A DNA stretch of 32,000 bases from an uncultured Clostridia bacterium (GTDB lineage: Bacteria; Bacillota; Clostridia; Christensenellales; UBA1242). The stretch is taken from the NCBI GenBank assembly GCA_946630785.1, contig CAMOZC010000003.1, forward strand, positions 78 through 32,077, written 5' to 3'. Below, piece after piece: positions 14,995 through 25,837 of this stretch (within the stretch, counting starts at the first letter, position 1; every line of letters begins with the position of its first letter). The position numbers and the translations under genes were made by a program. A model generated the notes under the pieces. The model saw only the letters and a program-made list of their open reading frames with translations, made no database searches and was not told the origin of the DNA.

Positions 14995-17976
14995 ATGGCA
15001 GATAACACTTTAATGCAAACTTTATTAAAACATTTTACCAAACGTCCATTAAATGAATTGCGTTCGGTAAACTTTGGTAAAAATATTTATTTGTATTTTA
15101 CTAAAAATTTTGACCCTGAAAAATATGCTGCCTATAACGAAAAAGATTTTGATGACCCAGTTAAGGGCTTGGCTATCACACGTGAATTGTTTAGAAAACA
15201 TCAAGAAATTCCAGATAATGTCATGGTTGACTTTTTGGTTGAGGCTTTTACCAAGGCCGATGAAAACATCATTGATTACAAAATGGTTGCTGATTTAGTA
15301 GAAAGTGATGCCTATAAAAGATATGGTACGCGTGCGGGAACCAGTACGTTTGATAAGAAACAAAATTTTGAAAGATGGTTAATTCATGATTCAACAATGT
15401 CATTGTCTAATATTCATAATATTAATCCGGTCGATGTTTATTTAAATCAAGATGCGATACTTCGTGTTGCAAGTGGTGTCGGCGGAAATGGAACCGCAAG
15501 GGGAAATGTTCGTGGCGAGGTTGTGAAGCAAATTGAATCTAGTGCCGAATATTTTAAGGATTACTTTGAAAACGCAGATGATGATGTATTTGAAAAATTA
15601 GCAACGATTTCAGAAAATGTAACAAATGATAGTTATATAACTCAAATCAAAAAAGTTTATGAAACTCTCTATGCTAAGGACGAAGGGTTTGGTATTGGTG
15701 TTATGGGAACCATGGTTAACAGCACTACTAAAGGTGCTAGTACCCGGGTTTTTAGTAATATGATGTCTACTGCCTGGGGCATGGAAACCAACAAGTTATT
15801 ATATGCTTTCTGTAAATATCATAATAAAACGGCAGAGTATGCGAATGTTTATGTTCCATATCCAATCGATGTGAACGCCGAAAAATTTAAACAAAATCTT
15901 GCTCAAAGCGGTTTAGATGCTGACAATGAACAAGGGAATACTCAAACACAACAAACTTCAACCACAAGCCTTGATAATGAACAAGAAGAAACTATTCAAT
16001 CAGTACAACAAAATTTAAACTCAACGACACAACAAGTGAATAAAAAATTGTATCCACGAAAGATTATGTCGCCATTTGTTGATGTTGCCATCACTTTCGG
16101 TGGTTCCGTGGTGGGTGCTACGGCGATTTCTGCGGTCTCTAAAATTAATCCACCACTTGGTTTAGCGCTTGGGGCTGCAATGTCAATTGGCGGTGGTGTT
16201 TATGGCGCTTGGAAAAAAGTTCAGGCAGAAAAGGAGTTAAATGGTGGTAAACCATTAACCAAAGAGCAGTACAGAAAAATTGGTTTAGAGTTTGCTGTTT
16301 CAACACTTACTACAGCATCTGCATTTATCATCCCGGCAAAATTAGGAGCAGCAGGCAAAAAATTAATGTCGCTTTGGCGTGTAGCTGGTGCGGCACATGT
16401 CGGTGTCAGAACATTCTTGAGTGACCTTGAAAGACGCTCAGACCTCCAATATACTCAGGCTGAATTAGAGGAATTACACAGAACTGAAAAACCGAAAGGA
16501 ATCGGAAAATTCATCGCAGGTATTGAACGTTTTGTGTTAGGGGTTAACCATAATACTTTTGATCGTATCGCGACAGATCTTCACGAAAAACGTTTGACAA
16601 AAACAGACCTTGCTAAATCATTTTTATATGGTTTAGGTAAAGGAACTGCTTTGGGAGTTGGTGGTAACATTGGTCGTGACTTAGGTGGAAAATTAGGTAC
16701 TGCAATTAATAATTTTGATTTAAACCATTTTAAAGATAATTTTGTTGCAACACCGGAAGAGTTACAGCGACAAGCTGAGCAACATTTAACTAAAAGTGCT
16801 GATGCAGATTTGAGTAATGATAAATTGTCCCCAGCACAGACTGATGGAAATGAAAGTCAAAAATCACCTTATGACCAGTATCGTGATGAGCAACAAAAAG
16901 CATATGAACAGTATTTACATAACCAACATGCACAAATGAATGATAATGGATTACATTTAACCGATGAAAACATGACGGCTATAAAAAATATTGGACATGT
17001 TGATTTAACTGATAAGGCAATGGCAACGGCTCATGTTGATAACCATCAACAATTTGTAAATACTGTACAACATGACTGGTACACGGTTGAACAGGAAAAA
17101 GCCGCGGTGGGTATTTTGCAACAAGCTGGTCTTAGCGAAGAAGATGCCTATGGTGTTTTACGTAAGGTAGGCAGTATGGCGCGCTTTGAAAGCGCTGGCG
17201 AAATCAGCATGGGCGGACATCAGAATACTTTGAATCACTTGTGTAACGGTTTGTTGTATGATAGTGATGTCGATAACATCATGGAAGCAATGAATAAAAT
17301 TGACCGTTTCGGCGGTTTAGAAGGTACTGAATATTTACAACACAATACGCCAGGTCCAAAAACTATTATTGATTATGATCCTAGTGCTGGCAATAGTGGA
17401 ACTACTCAACAATCAAGTCAAAGTACGTCAACTACAAAAACAACGTCAAGTTTCACAGATCAACATACACCAGGTCCAACGAGTATCAGTGATTATGATC
17501 CTAGTGCTAATGTTGAACCCACAGATGAGCAAACAACTCCGAATATACCAGTTCCAGAAACGTCGACAAACAACAATGAAACGCATGATGATTCAAATAC
17601 GCCAGGTCCGAAAAGTATCAGTGATTATGATCCTAGTGCTAATGTTGAATTTAATGGCGAACAGTTTGGACAGAATGTATCAGCTTCAGAAGTGCCGACA
17701 GAAACCGCCAGTGAGCAGGGTAATTCAAATACCCCTGGTCCAGATAGTATTGGGGAATATGGTATTTCAGGTAATAGCACTTCGCTTTTCGATTCGGATA
17801 GTTCGAAGTCGTTCTCGGATATTATGGGAAGCTCGCTTGATAAAAATCCTGTATATTTTGATTTCTCTGTTATTAATCCTGATGATAAGATTGAAGTTAA
17901 TCATTCTGATTTTGGAATAAATTTATTTAAGCCAATTGTACCATCAATTAACATCGACCCAAGCAGCGAAAAATAA
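14995..17976 (+). CDS. Large protein (~993 aa) of unknown family, glycine-rich hydrophobic middle and repetitive C-terminus
   Basis: Long uninterrupted ORF; ATG at 14995 (MADNTLMQTLLKHFTKRP) preferred over the tracked TTG at 14947; followed by a terminator. Confidence 0.85.
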   Translation: MADNTLMQTLLKHFTKRPLNELRSVNFGKNIYLYFTKNFDPEKYAAYNEKDFDDPVKGLAITRELFRKHQEIPDNVMVDFLVEAFTKADENIIDYKMVADLVESDAYKRYGTRAGTSTFDKKQNFERWLIHDSTMSLSNIHNINPVDVYLNQDAILRVASGVGGNGTARGNVRGEVVKQIESSAEYFKDYFENADDDVFEKLATISENVTNDSYITQIKKVYETLYAKDEGFGIGVMGTMVNSTTKGASTRVFSNMMSTAWGMETNKLLYAFCKYHNKTAEYANVYVPYPIDVNAEKFKQNLAQSGLDADNEQGNTQTQQTSTTSLDNEQEETIQSVQQNLNSTTQQVNKKLYPRKIMSPFVDVAITFGGSVVGATAISAVSKINPPLGLALGAAMSIGGGVYGAWKKVQAEKELNGGKPLTKEQYRKIGLEFAVSTLTTASAFIIPAKLGAAGKKLMSLWRVAGAAHVGVRTFLSDLERRSDLQYTQAELEELHRTEKPKGIGKFIAGIERFVLGVNHNTFDRIATDLHEKRLTKTDLAKSFLYGLGKGTALGVGGNIGRDLGGKLGTAINNFDLNHFKDNFVATPEELQRQAEQHLTKSADADLSNDKLSPAQTDGNESQKSPYDQYRDEQQKAYEQYLHNQHAQMNDNGLHLTDENMTAIKNIGHVDLTDKAMATAHVDNHQQFVNTVQHDWYTVEQEKAAVGILQQAGLSEEDAYGVLRKVGSMARFESAGEISMGGHQNTLNHLCNGLLYDSDVDNIMEAMNKIDRFGGLEGTEYLQHNTPGPKTIIDYDPSAGNSGTTQQSSQSTSTTKTTSSFTDQHTPGPTSISDYDPSANVEPTDEQTTPNIPVPETSTNNNETHDDSNTPGPKSISDYDPSANVEFNGEQFGQNVSASEVPTETASEQGNSNTPGPDSIGEYGISGNSTSLFDSDSSKSFSDIMGSSLDKNPVYFDFSVINPDDKIEVNHSDFGINLFKPIVPSINIDPSSEK
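17344..17775 (+). repeat. Four spaced copies of a ~16-aa coding repeat [NH]TPGPxxIxDYDPSA
   Basis: NTPGPKTIIDYDPSAG (17344), HTPGPTSISDYDPSAN (17464), NTPGPKSISDYDPSAN (17596), NTPGPDSIGEYGISGN (17728); spacing 120, 132 and 132 nt. Confidence 0.85.
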
Positions 17977-17978
17977 GC

Positions 17979-18008
17979 AATATAGCCAAGTTGATTCTTG
18001 GCTATATT
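17979..18008 (+). terminator. Terminator-like hairpin after the large unknown gene
   Basis: AATATAGCCAAG-TTGATT-CTTGGCTATATT, 12-bp perfect stem; weak T tract. Confidence 0.65.
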
Positions 18009-18033
18009 TAATTTGTAAATTATAAAAAAGTGT

Positions 18034-18062
18034 TTGACTTTCGATTGTAGATGTGCTATTTT
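18034..18062 (+). promoter_or_regulatory. Promoter of rpoB-rpoC
   Basis: TTGACT (18034-18039), 17 nt, TATTTT (18057-18062). Confidence 0.55.
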
Positions 18063-18083
18063 CTTTCTATTGTGTAATTTTGA

Positions 18084-18108
18084 CTGGGCGGATTGAAATA
18101 AAGCCCGG
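18084..18108 (+). promoter_or_regulatory. Hairpin in rpoB 5' leader
   Basis: CTGGGC (18084-18089), 13-nt loop, GCCCGG (18103-18108). Confidence 0.4.
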
Positions 18109-18135
18109 CAAAAAATATATTTAAGGAAGGTAAAA

Positions 18136-21100
18136 ATGGCTGTTAATCTTAAAAAGACGGGACTTTTTAAGGACACCTATGGAAAGACGGAACGTATGAC
18201 ATTTCGTAAGGTTCCAGAGTTGCTCCCTGTCCCTTATCTTTTAGACATTCAAAAGGAGAGTTTTAAGCGTTTCATTGAAAAAGGAATTCGCGAAGTATTG
18301 GATGAATTCAATCCAATTACTGATTATTCAGGTAAATGCGAAGTTTACTTTTTGGACTACTATATTGGCGAAGATGCTAAATATAGTGAAAGCGAATGTT
18401 TACGTCGTGGACAAATGTACGTTAAACCATTGCGCGTAAAAGTTCGCGTTGTGTTTAAAGAAGATGCTGAAGGACACAAGACCAACGAAGTCATCGAACA
18501 AGATGTTTTCTTGGGTGATGTTCCTCAAATGACCGATAGTGGTTATTTCATCGTTAATGGTGTAGCGCGTGTTATTGTTAACCAAATTATCAAGAGTCCT
18601 AGTGTTTATTTCAATCGTTCAAAAGACCATAAAACTGGTAAAGAAATTATTGAATGCACAATGAGTCCAACGCATGGTGCTTACATCGAAATGACTAAGG
18701 ACGTAAATAACGTGATTTTTGTCAGCCCAAACAAGGCTAACAAAGTTAATTTGATTACGTTCTTGCGTGCATTGGATCTTGGTAGTGATCAAGAATTGTT
18801 GGATACTTTTGCACATCATCCAGTTTTAAAAGCTACAATTGAAAAAGCTAATGATGGCGGTGAACAAATTTCTAAAGAAAAAGCTTTGTTGGAATTGTCA
18901 CGTAAAATGCGTCCATCTGAATTGCCAAATGCTGAAGTCATGGAATCTGGATTGAATAACATGTTCTTTACCTTCCCAAATTATGACTTGGCAGTTGTTG
19001 GTCGTTATAAATTCAATAAAAAACTATGCATTAGTAGCCGTATCTTAAAACATATTGCTGCTGAAGATATTAAAATTGACGGCAAGGTTGTTGTTCCTCA
19101 TGATACTGAAATCAGCAAAGAAATGGCTGACAAGATTCAAAATGCTGGTATCAACGTTGTTGAAATTAAAAATGAACTTGGCGATGCCGTACAGGTTATT
19201 GGTAACAACCGTGTTAACGTTAATATGTATTTAGGTTGTACTGAATTTGATACTGGTATTAAAGAATTGGTTCACTATCCAACTTTGTTAAAAGTATTGG
19301 AAGGTAAGAATACTAAGGCTGAAAAAATTCAAGCTGTTAAAGAGAACGCTAAAGAATTGGTAATGCGTCATTTACATCGTGATGATATTATTGCTTCAAT
19401 TTCTTACTTGCTAAACATGTGCGATGGTGTTGGCTATGAAGATAATATTGACCACTTGGGTAACCGTCGTTTAAATACCGTTGGTGATTTGATGGCTCGT
19501 CACTTCAAAGATGGTATGTTGAAATTACGTAATAGTATGCGTGAAACCATGCAAACTATGGAAATCAACAGTAAATCAATTAACCCATTGAACATTATTA
19601 ATGCAAAAGCAATTACTCGTTCATTACGTGATTTCTGTGCGGTTTCTCAATTATCACACGTGATGGATACTAACAACCCATTAACTGAAATTACGCAAAA
19701 ACGTAAAATCACAGCGGTTGGTCCGGGTGGTATTGTTAAGGAACGTGCTACTAGTGAAGTTCGTGACTTGCACTATACTCACAATGGTCGTTTGTGTGCG
19801 GTTGAAACTCCTGAAGGTCAATCAATTGGTTTGGTTAATAGCTTGGCAATGTATGCACGCATTAACGAATATGGATTTATTACTGCGCCATTGCGTCGTA
19901 TTGATAAGGCAACTGGCAAAGTTACTGATGTCGTTGATTATTTAACTGCTGATGAAGAAGATGCGTTCTATGTTGCTCAAGCAACTGAACCATTGGATGA
20001 AAATGGCTGCTTGTTGCATGAATTTGTAACTTGCCGTCACCGTGACGTTATTTTGGATATGCCACGTGAAAGTGTTGATTATGTTGATGCAAGTCCACGT
20101 CAATTCGTTTCATTAGCAACTGCATTGATTCCTTTCTTGAGTAATGATGATACTGGTCGTGCTTTGTTGGGTTCAAACATGCAACGTCAAGCTGTATCTT
20201 TAATCAAGACTGAAGTTCCATTGGTTGCAACAGGTTTGGAACACCGTGCTGCTTTAGATAGTAACGTGATGTTAACTGCGAAGGCGGCCGGTACAGTTAT
20301 TTCTGTAACTGGTGACCAAATCGTTATTGAACGTGATGATAATCATGAACATGATTTCTATAAATTAACTAAATTCACCCGTTATAATGAAGAAGCATGT
20401 ATTAACCAAAAACCAATTGTTCGCAAGGGGGATAAGGTTAAGGCTGGTGAAATCATTACTGATGGTTATGCAACCTGTAATGGTGAATTAGCAATTGGTA
20501 AAAACATGTGTGTTGCTTACATGAACTGGGAAGGGTATAACTTTGAGGATGCGATTTTGATTTCTGAACGTGTTGTTAAGGAAGACAAATTCACCTCAAT
20601 CGCTTTACACTTGAAAGAATGTAAAGTTCGTACAACTAAATTAGGTGATGAAGAAATCACCCGTGATATTCCAAACTTAAGCGAAGATGCTTTGGCTAAC
20701 TTGGATGAACGTGGTATTGTTCGTGTTGGTTCATTTGTCCGTACTGGTGATATTTTGGTTGGTAAAGTTACACCAAAGGGTGAATCTGAATTAACTCCTG
20801 AAGAACGTTTGTTACGTGCTATCTTTGGTGAAAAATCTCGTGAAGTCCGCGACTCATCATTGCGTGTGGAAAATGGTAAAGACGGTGTTGTTGTTGCTGT
20901 TGAATGCTTCAGCCGTAAGAACCATGATGAAATGGATGTTGGTGTTAACGAAATTATTAAAGTTACCATCGCACAAAAACGTAATATTAAAGTCGGTGAT
21001 AAGATGACAGGACGTCATGGTAACAAGGGTATTGTTTCTAAGATTTTACCGGTTGAAGATATGCCTTACATGGCCGATGGTACTCCTGTTGATATCGTCC

Positions 21101-21858
21101 TTAACCCATTGGGTGTTCCTTCTCGTTTGAATATTGGACAGTTGTTGGAAGTCTCGCTTGGTTTAGTTGCTAAGACTTTGGGTTGGAAAGTTGCAACTCC
21201 AGTATTCAACGGTGCTAACGAAAATGATATTCAAGAATTGTTACGTAAGAATGGCTTACCAGAAGATGGTAAGATGCAATTGTACGATGGACGTACTGGT
21301 GAACCATTTGAAAACCGTACGACAGTTGGTTACATGTACATGTTAAAATTGCATCACATGGTTGATACCAAGATTCATGCTCGTTCAACTGGTGCTTATA
21401 GTTTGGTTACTCAACAACCTTTGGGTGGTAAAGCTCAATTTGGTGGCCAACGTATGGGTGAAATGGAAGTATGGGCTTTGGAAGCTTATGGTGCCGCTCA
21501 CATCTTGCAAGAAATGTTGACTGTTAAATCCGATGATGTTCAAGGTCGTACTAAAACATACGTTTCAATCGTTAATGGTACTAAATTGCCAGATCCAGGC
21601 ATTCCTGAAGCAAGTAAAGTTATGATCCGTGAATTACAAGGTCTTGGATTTGATGTTGGTATTTATACTGCTGATAAGAAAGAAGTTGAATTGGAAAAGA
21701 TTGATGCTTTGGTTGATGATACTGAAATGTTGGCTAATGCAGAATCTGAAAATAAACAAGACAATGAAGCCGAAATTGAATTTAACCAAGAACAAGTTGA
21801 AGAACCCGCTGCTGATGACTTAGAAATGTTCGATATTGAACAATTGTTTGAGGAATAA
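18136..21858 (+). CDS. rpoB: DNA-directed RNA polymerase subunit beta
   Basis: Full-length RpoB motifs including [54 protein letters not shown]; SD GGAAGG. Confidence 0.99.
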   Translation: MAVNLKKTGLFKDTYGKTERMTFRKVPELLPVPYLLDIQKESFKRFIEKGIREVLDEFNPITDYSGKCEVYFLDYYIGEDAKYSESECLRRGQMYVKPLRVKVRVVFKEDAEGHKTNEVIEQDVFLGDVPQMTDSGYFIVNGVARVIVNQIIKSPSVYFNRSKDHKTGKEIIECTMSPTHGAYIEMTKDVNNVIFVSPNKANKVNLITFLRALDLGSDQELLDTFAHHPVLKATIEKANDGGEQISKEKALLELSRKMRPSELPNAEVMESGLNNMFFTFPNYDLAVVGRYKFNKKLCISSRILKHIAAEDIKIDGKVVVPHDTEISKEMADKIQNAGINVVEIKNELGDAVQVIGNNRVNVNMYLGCTEFDTGIKELVHYPTLLKVLEGKNTKAEKIQAVKENAKELVMRHLHRDDIIASISYLLNMCDGVGYEDNIDHLGNRRLNTVGDLMARHFKDGMLKLRNSMRETMQTMEINSKSINPLNIINAKAITRSLRDFCAVSQLSHVMDTNNPLTEITQKRKITAVGPGGIVKERATSEVRDLHYTHNGRLCAVETPEGQSIGLVNSLAMYARINEYGFITAPLRRIDKATGKVTDVVDYLTADEEDAFYVAQATEPLDENGCLLHEFVTCRHRDVILDMPRESVDYVDASPRQFVSLATALIPFLSNDDTGRALLGSNMQRQAVSLIKTEVPLVATGLEHRAALDSNVMLTAKAAGTVISVTGDQIVIERDDNHEHDFYKLTKFTRYNEEACINQKPIVRKGDKVKAGEIITDGYATCNGELAIGKNMCVAYMNWEGYNFEDAILISERVVKEDKFTSIALHLKECKVRTTKLGDEEITRDIPNLSEDALANLDERGIVRVGSFVRTGDILVGKVTPKGESELTPEERLLRAIFGEKSREVRDSSLRVENGKDGVVVAVECFSRKNHDEMDVGVNEIIKVTIAQKRNIKVGDKMTGRHGNKGIVSKILPVEDMPYMADGTPVDIVLNPLGVPSRLNIGQLLEVSLGLVAKTLGWKVATPVFNGANENDIQELLRKNGLPEDGKMQLYDGRTGEPFENRTTVGYMYMLKLHHMVDTKIHARSTGAYSLVTQQPLGGKAQFGGQRMGEMEVWALEAYGAAHILQEMLTVKSDDVQGRTKTYVSIVNGTKLPDPGIPEASKVMIRELQGLGFDVGIYTADKKEVELEKIDALVDDTEMLANAESENKQDNEAEIEFNQEQVEEPAADDLEMFDIEQLFEE

Positions 21859-21878
21859 GAAGGAGAAGGAAAAAGAAA

Positions 21879-24800
21879 ATGTTTGAGTTAAATAATTTTG
21901 AAAGTTTAAAAATTAGTATTGCCAGCCCTGATAAAATCAGGGAATGGAGTCATGGTGAGGTTACCAAACCAGAAACGATTAACTATCGTACTCAAAAACC
22001 AGAAAAAGATGGTTTGTTTTGTGAACGCATCTTCGGTCCTAAAAAAGATTGGCAATGTTCTTGCGGTAAATATAAATTAATCCGCTACAAAGGTACCATT
22101 TGCGATAAGTGCGGTGTTGAAGTTACTCGTTCAATCGTACGTCGTGAACGTATGGGACATATTGAGTTAGCAGCTCCAGTTGTTCACATCTGGTATTTCA
22201 AAGGTGTTCCTTCGAAGATTGGTACATTGTTAAATATGACCATTAAAAATTTGGAACAAGTTATTTATTTCGTATCCTTCGTCGTTATTGATCCATGTAA
22301 AACCACTTTAACTTATGGTCAAATTTTGTCTGATCGTGAATTGCACGAAGCATTGGAAAAATTTGGTCCTGAATCGTTTAAATATGGTATGGGTGCCGAA
22401 GCAATCAAGACCATGTTGGCTGCGCTTGATTTAGATAAGGAAATTAAAGAATGTAACGAAATCATTGCTACTGGCAAAGGTGCAAAACGTGAAAAAGCCA
22501 TTAAACGTTTGGATTTGTTGGAATCATTCAAAAACAGTGGCAATCGTCCAGAATGGATGGTATTTGATGTTTTACCAGTAACTCCTCCAGAATTACGTCC
22601 AATGGTTCAAATTGACGGTGGTCGTTTCGCAACAACCGATGTTAACGATTTGTATCGCCGCGTAATTAACCGTAACAACCGTTTGAAAAAATTAATTTCT
22701 TTGGGTGCTCCTGAAGTTATTATTCGTAACGAGAAACGTATGTTACAAGAGGCTGTTGATGCTTTGATTGATAATGGCCGCCGTGGTAAACCAGTTCAAG
22801 GTGCTAAAGGCCGTCCACTAAAATCATTGGCTGAAGGCTTACGTGGTAAACAAGGTCGTTTCCGTAACAACTTGCTTGGTAAACGTGTTGACTATTCAGG
22901 TCGTACCGTTATCGTTGTCGGTCCAGAATTAAAACACTATCAAGTTGGTTTGCCAAAAGAAATGGCATTGGAATTGTTCAAACCATTCGTTATGAAGAAA
23001 TTGGTTGATATGGGCTTGGCTCATCACAGCCGTAGTGCAAAACGTTTAATTGAACGTGAAAAACCACAAGTTTGGGATATCTTGGAAGAAGTCGTTCGTG
23101 ACCATCCTGTTTTGTTAAACCGTCAACCTACGTTGCATAAATTGTCAATTCAAGCGTTTGAACCAGTTTTGATTGATGGTCGTGCAATCCGTTTACACCC
23201 ATTAGTTTGTACCGCATTCAACGCCGACTTTGATGGTGACCAAATGACTGTTCACGTTCCATTGTCACCAGAAGCACAGGCTGAAGCACGTATCTTAATG
23301 TTGGCATCAAATAACATTTTGAAACCAAGTGATTCAAAATCAGTTGTTACTCCGACACAGGATATTATTTTAGGTTGTTACTATATGACTTTGCAAATTG
23401 ATGGTGCAAAGGGTGAGGGTAACGTTTATAAAGACGAAAACGAAGCAATTTATGCTTATAACGTTGGTGAATTGGATTTGCATGCTAAGATTCAAGTTCG
23501 TCGTTCTAACTTTGAAATTGAAGGTAACATGGACGAAGTTGAAGAATTTGGCCGTGTAGAAACCACTGTTGGTCGTATTTTGTTCAACCAATGCTTCCCG
23601 CAAGATATTGGTATTGTTGATCGTAGCAAACCAGAAAATAAATTTGCTTACGAATATAATAAAGAAGTTGTTAAGAAAGATATTAACAATTTGATTGTTA
23701 AAATCTTTGAAGTTCATGGTGCTACTGTAACTAGTGAATCAATTGATAAGATTAAGACCGTAGGTTTCAAATATTCTACTTTAGGTTCAATCTCGTTGTC
23801 AGTCTTTGATGCAACTATCCCAGCCGACCGTGAACAAATCATTAAAGATACCGAAGCAAAAGTTAAGAAAATTGAAAAAGCTTATGCAGAAGGTGAGTTA
23901 AGTCTTGATGAAAAATTGGATCGTAACATCGCTTTATGGAAAGAAGCTACTGAAAAGATTCAAGAAGATGTTATTAATGTCTTAGATAAGACCAACCCAA
24001 TTAAGATGATGGCAACATCTGGTGCACGTGGTTCTAACAAACAGATTATGCAGTTGTCTGGTATGCGTGGTATTATTGCGAACGTTTCTGGACAAAAAGA
24101 GGACGTTCCAACCAAGGGTTGTTATCGTTTAGGTTTGTCTCCATTAGAATACTTCTTGTCATCTCGTGGTGGTCGTAAAGGTTTGGCTGATACCGCTTTG
24201 AAAACATCCGATGCTGGTTATTTGACTCGTCGTTTGGTTGATGTCGCTCAAGATGTTATTGTTACCGAAGAAGATTGTTTCGCTACTTTGGGTGAAAAGC
24301 CAAAGGGTATGGTAATGACTGAATTACGCATGGATGGTTATGTAAAGCATTTGGCTAGCCGTATTAAAGGTCGTTACGCTGTACATGACGTTATTGATCC
24401 AAAAACGAAAGAAGTATTGGTACATGCTGATACTATGATTACTGACAAAGTTGCTGAACAGATTGAAGCAGTTGGTATTAAAGAAGTTGAAATTCGTAGC
24501 GTATTGACTTGTAAATGTAAACATGGTGTCTGCGCTAAATGTTATGGTCGCGACATGAGTGGTCACGAATTGGTAAGTGTTGGTGAACCAGTTGGTATTA
24601 TCGCGGCACAATCAATTGGTGAACCTGGTACACAGTTAACCATGCGTACCAAACACAGTGGTGGTATTGCGGTTTCAAACATTACCGAAGGTTTGCCACG
24701 TGTTGAAGAAATTTTGGAAGCACGTGTTCCAAAGGGCGTCGCTTTGGTTAGTGATGTTGGTGGTACTGTTGTTGCGGTTAACCAAGTTGAAAAGCGTGTT

Positions 24801-25406
24801 GAAGTTGTGATTAAGACTAACGAAGGTAAAGAAGTTCCATACTTAATCCCTGCAAGTATGAAAGTGACAGCAAAGAAAGGTGACGTGGTTGAACCAGGTT
24901 CGGCATTGACTGAAGGTGTCTTTAACCCACACGATATCTTACGTAACAAAGGTATCAAAGCTGTACAAGATTACTTGATTACTGAAATTATTAAGGTTTA
25001 TAAAACACAAGATATTTCAATTAATAACAAACATTTGGAAATAATTGTAAGACAGATGTTAAAGAAAGTTAAGATTGAAGATGCTGGTGATACTGACTTC
25101 CAAATTGGTTCAGTCGTCGACGTTATTGAATTTGAACACAAAAACTTGTTGGCAATCAATGATGGCAAGAAACCAGCTCGTGCAACACGTGTGTTGTTGC
25201 CAATTACTAAAGCCGCATTGCGCACAGACAGTTTCTTGTCGGCTGCATCCTTCCAAGAAACCAGTTCAGTATTGGTTGATGCCGCTGTTAAGAATAAAGT
25301 TGACCACTTGCTGGGACTTAAAGAAAATGTTATCTTTGGTAAGTTGATTCCAGCTGGTACAGGTATGAAATTTTATCAAAATGTAGGGTACAAAAATGTT
25401 AAATAA
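21879..25406 (+). CDS. rpoC: DNA-directed RNA polymerase subunit beta'
   Basis: [53 protein letters not shown]. Confidence 0.99.
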   Translation: MFELNNFESLKISIASPDKIREWSHGEVTKPETINYRTQKPEKDGLFCERIFGPKKDWQCSCGKYKLIRYKGTICDKCGVEVTRSIVRRERMGHIELAAPVVHIWYFKGVPSKIGTLLNMTIKNLEQVIYFVSFVVIDPCKTTLTYGQILSDRELHEALEKFGPESFKYGMGAEAIKTMLAALDLDKEIKECNEIIATGKGAKREKAIKRLDLLESFKNSGNRPEWMVFDVLPVTPPELRPMVQIDGGRFATTDVNDLYRRVINRNNRLKKLISLGAPEVIIRNEKRMLQEAVDALIDNGRRGKPVQGAKGRPLKSLAEGLRGKQGRFRNNLLGKRVDYSGRTVIVVGPELKHYQVGLPKEMALELFKPFVMKKLVDMGLAHHSRSAKRLIEREKPQVWDILEEVVRDHPVLLNRQPTLHKLSIQAFEPVLIDGRAIRLHPLVCTAFNADFDGDQMTVHVPLSPEAQAEARILMLASNNILKPSDSKSVVTPTQDIILGCYYMTLQIDGAKGEGNVYKDENEAIYAYNVGELDLHAKIQVRRSNFEIEGNMDEVEEFGRVETTVGRILFNQCFPQDIGIVDRSKPENKFAYEYNKEVVKKDINNLIVKIFEVHGATVTSESIDKIKTVGFKYSTLGSISLSVFDATIPADREQIIKDTEAKVKKIEKAYAEGELSLDEKLDRNIALWKEATEKIQEDVINVLDKTNPIKMMATSGARGSNKQIMQLSGMRGIIANVSGQKEDVPTKGCYRLGLSPLEYFLSSRGGRKGLADTALKTSDAGYLTRRLVDVAQDVIVTEEDCFATLGEKPKGMVMTELRMDGYVKHLASRIKGRYAVHDVIDPKTKEVLVHADTMITDKVAEQIEAVGIKEVEIRSVLTCKCKHGVCAKCYGRDMSGHELVSVGEPVGIIAAQSIGEPGTQLTMRTKHSGGIAVSNITEGLPRVEEILEARVPKGVALVSDVGGTVVAVNQVEKRVEVVIKTNEGKEVPYLIPASMKVTAKKGDVVEPGSALTEGVFNPHDILRNKGIKAVQDYLITEIIKVYKTQDISINNKHLEIIVRQMLKKVKIEDAGDTDFQIGSVVDVIEFEHKNLLAINDGKKPARATRVLLPITKAALRTDSFLSAASFQETSSVLVDAAVKNKVDHLLGLKENVIFGKLIPAGTGMKFYQNVGYKNVK

Positions 25407-25731
25407 TTGGTTTAATTTATTATTGGCTCCGACGGAACGCCCTAAGTGGATTGGGGACAGTTTCCCGGTTATTCAAGGTATTATCATTGCTTTGATTAGT
25501 TTATTAAGTATCGTAATGGTGGTGGCAATTTTGGTGTCACCTCCGGACAGCGGTACTGGTACAAATGCAATTACAGGTGCTAGCGAAAGTTACTACACGA
25601 AAAATCGTAACAAAAATAATCTGGGACGTATTCGTAATTTGATTATTATTTGTGCAATTTCAATCGCAGTATTAACCATTATTTTCTTTATTTTGTTCGG
25701 TATCTTCAATATGAGTGGTGCTGCTGAATAA
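25396..25731 (+). CDS. secG: SecG-like preprotein translocase subunit
   Basis: Small two-TM protein; overlaps the rpoC 3' end by 11 nt; near rnr as in other Bacillota. Confidence 0.65.
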   Translation: MLNNWFNLLLAPTERPKWIGDSFPVIQGIIIALISLLSIVMVVAILVSPPDSGTGTNAITGASESYYTKNRNKNNLGRIRNLIIICAISIAVLTIIFFILFGIFNMSGAAE

Positions 25732-25735
25732 GGCT

Positions 25736-25767
25736 AAAAAAGTTTCGCCAAATGACGAAACTTTTTT
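25736..25767 (+). terminator. Terminator after secG-like gene
   Basis: AAAAAAGTTTCG-(8 nt)-CGAAACTTTTTT. Confidence 0.9.
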
Positions 25768-25770
25768 CTT

Positions 25771-25798
25771 TTGTAAAATAGAAATAAAGTGTTATACT
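25771..25798 (+). promoter_or_regulatory. Promoter of lipoprotein gene
   Basis: TTGTAA (25771-25776), 16 nt, TATACT (25793-25798); SD AAGGAG before ATG 25838. Confidence 0.5.
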
Positions 25799-25837
25799 AA
25801 TAGTACAGTTAAATATTAAAAATAAAAGGAGTTTATT

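Noticed and set aside
17344-17775. CRISPR-like array
   Set aside because: Repeats are in frame, imperfect, and spaced ~80 nt apart inside an ORF; no cas genes nearby.
17369-17920. 183-aa ORF in another frame of the large unknown gene
   Set aside because: Wholly overlaps the coding frame; its internal repeats are a by-product of the TPGP...DYDPSA nucleotide repeats. No start signal of its own.
20517-20969. 150-aa antisense ORF inside rpoB (and similar antisense ORFs in rpoC, rnr and rpsR)
   Set aside because: Composition mirrors the highly conserved sense gene; no promoter or SD evidence.
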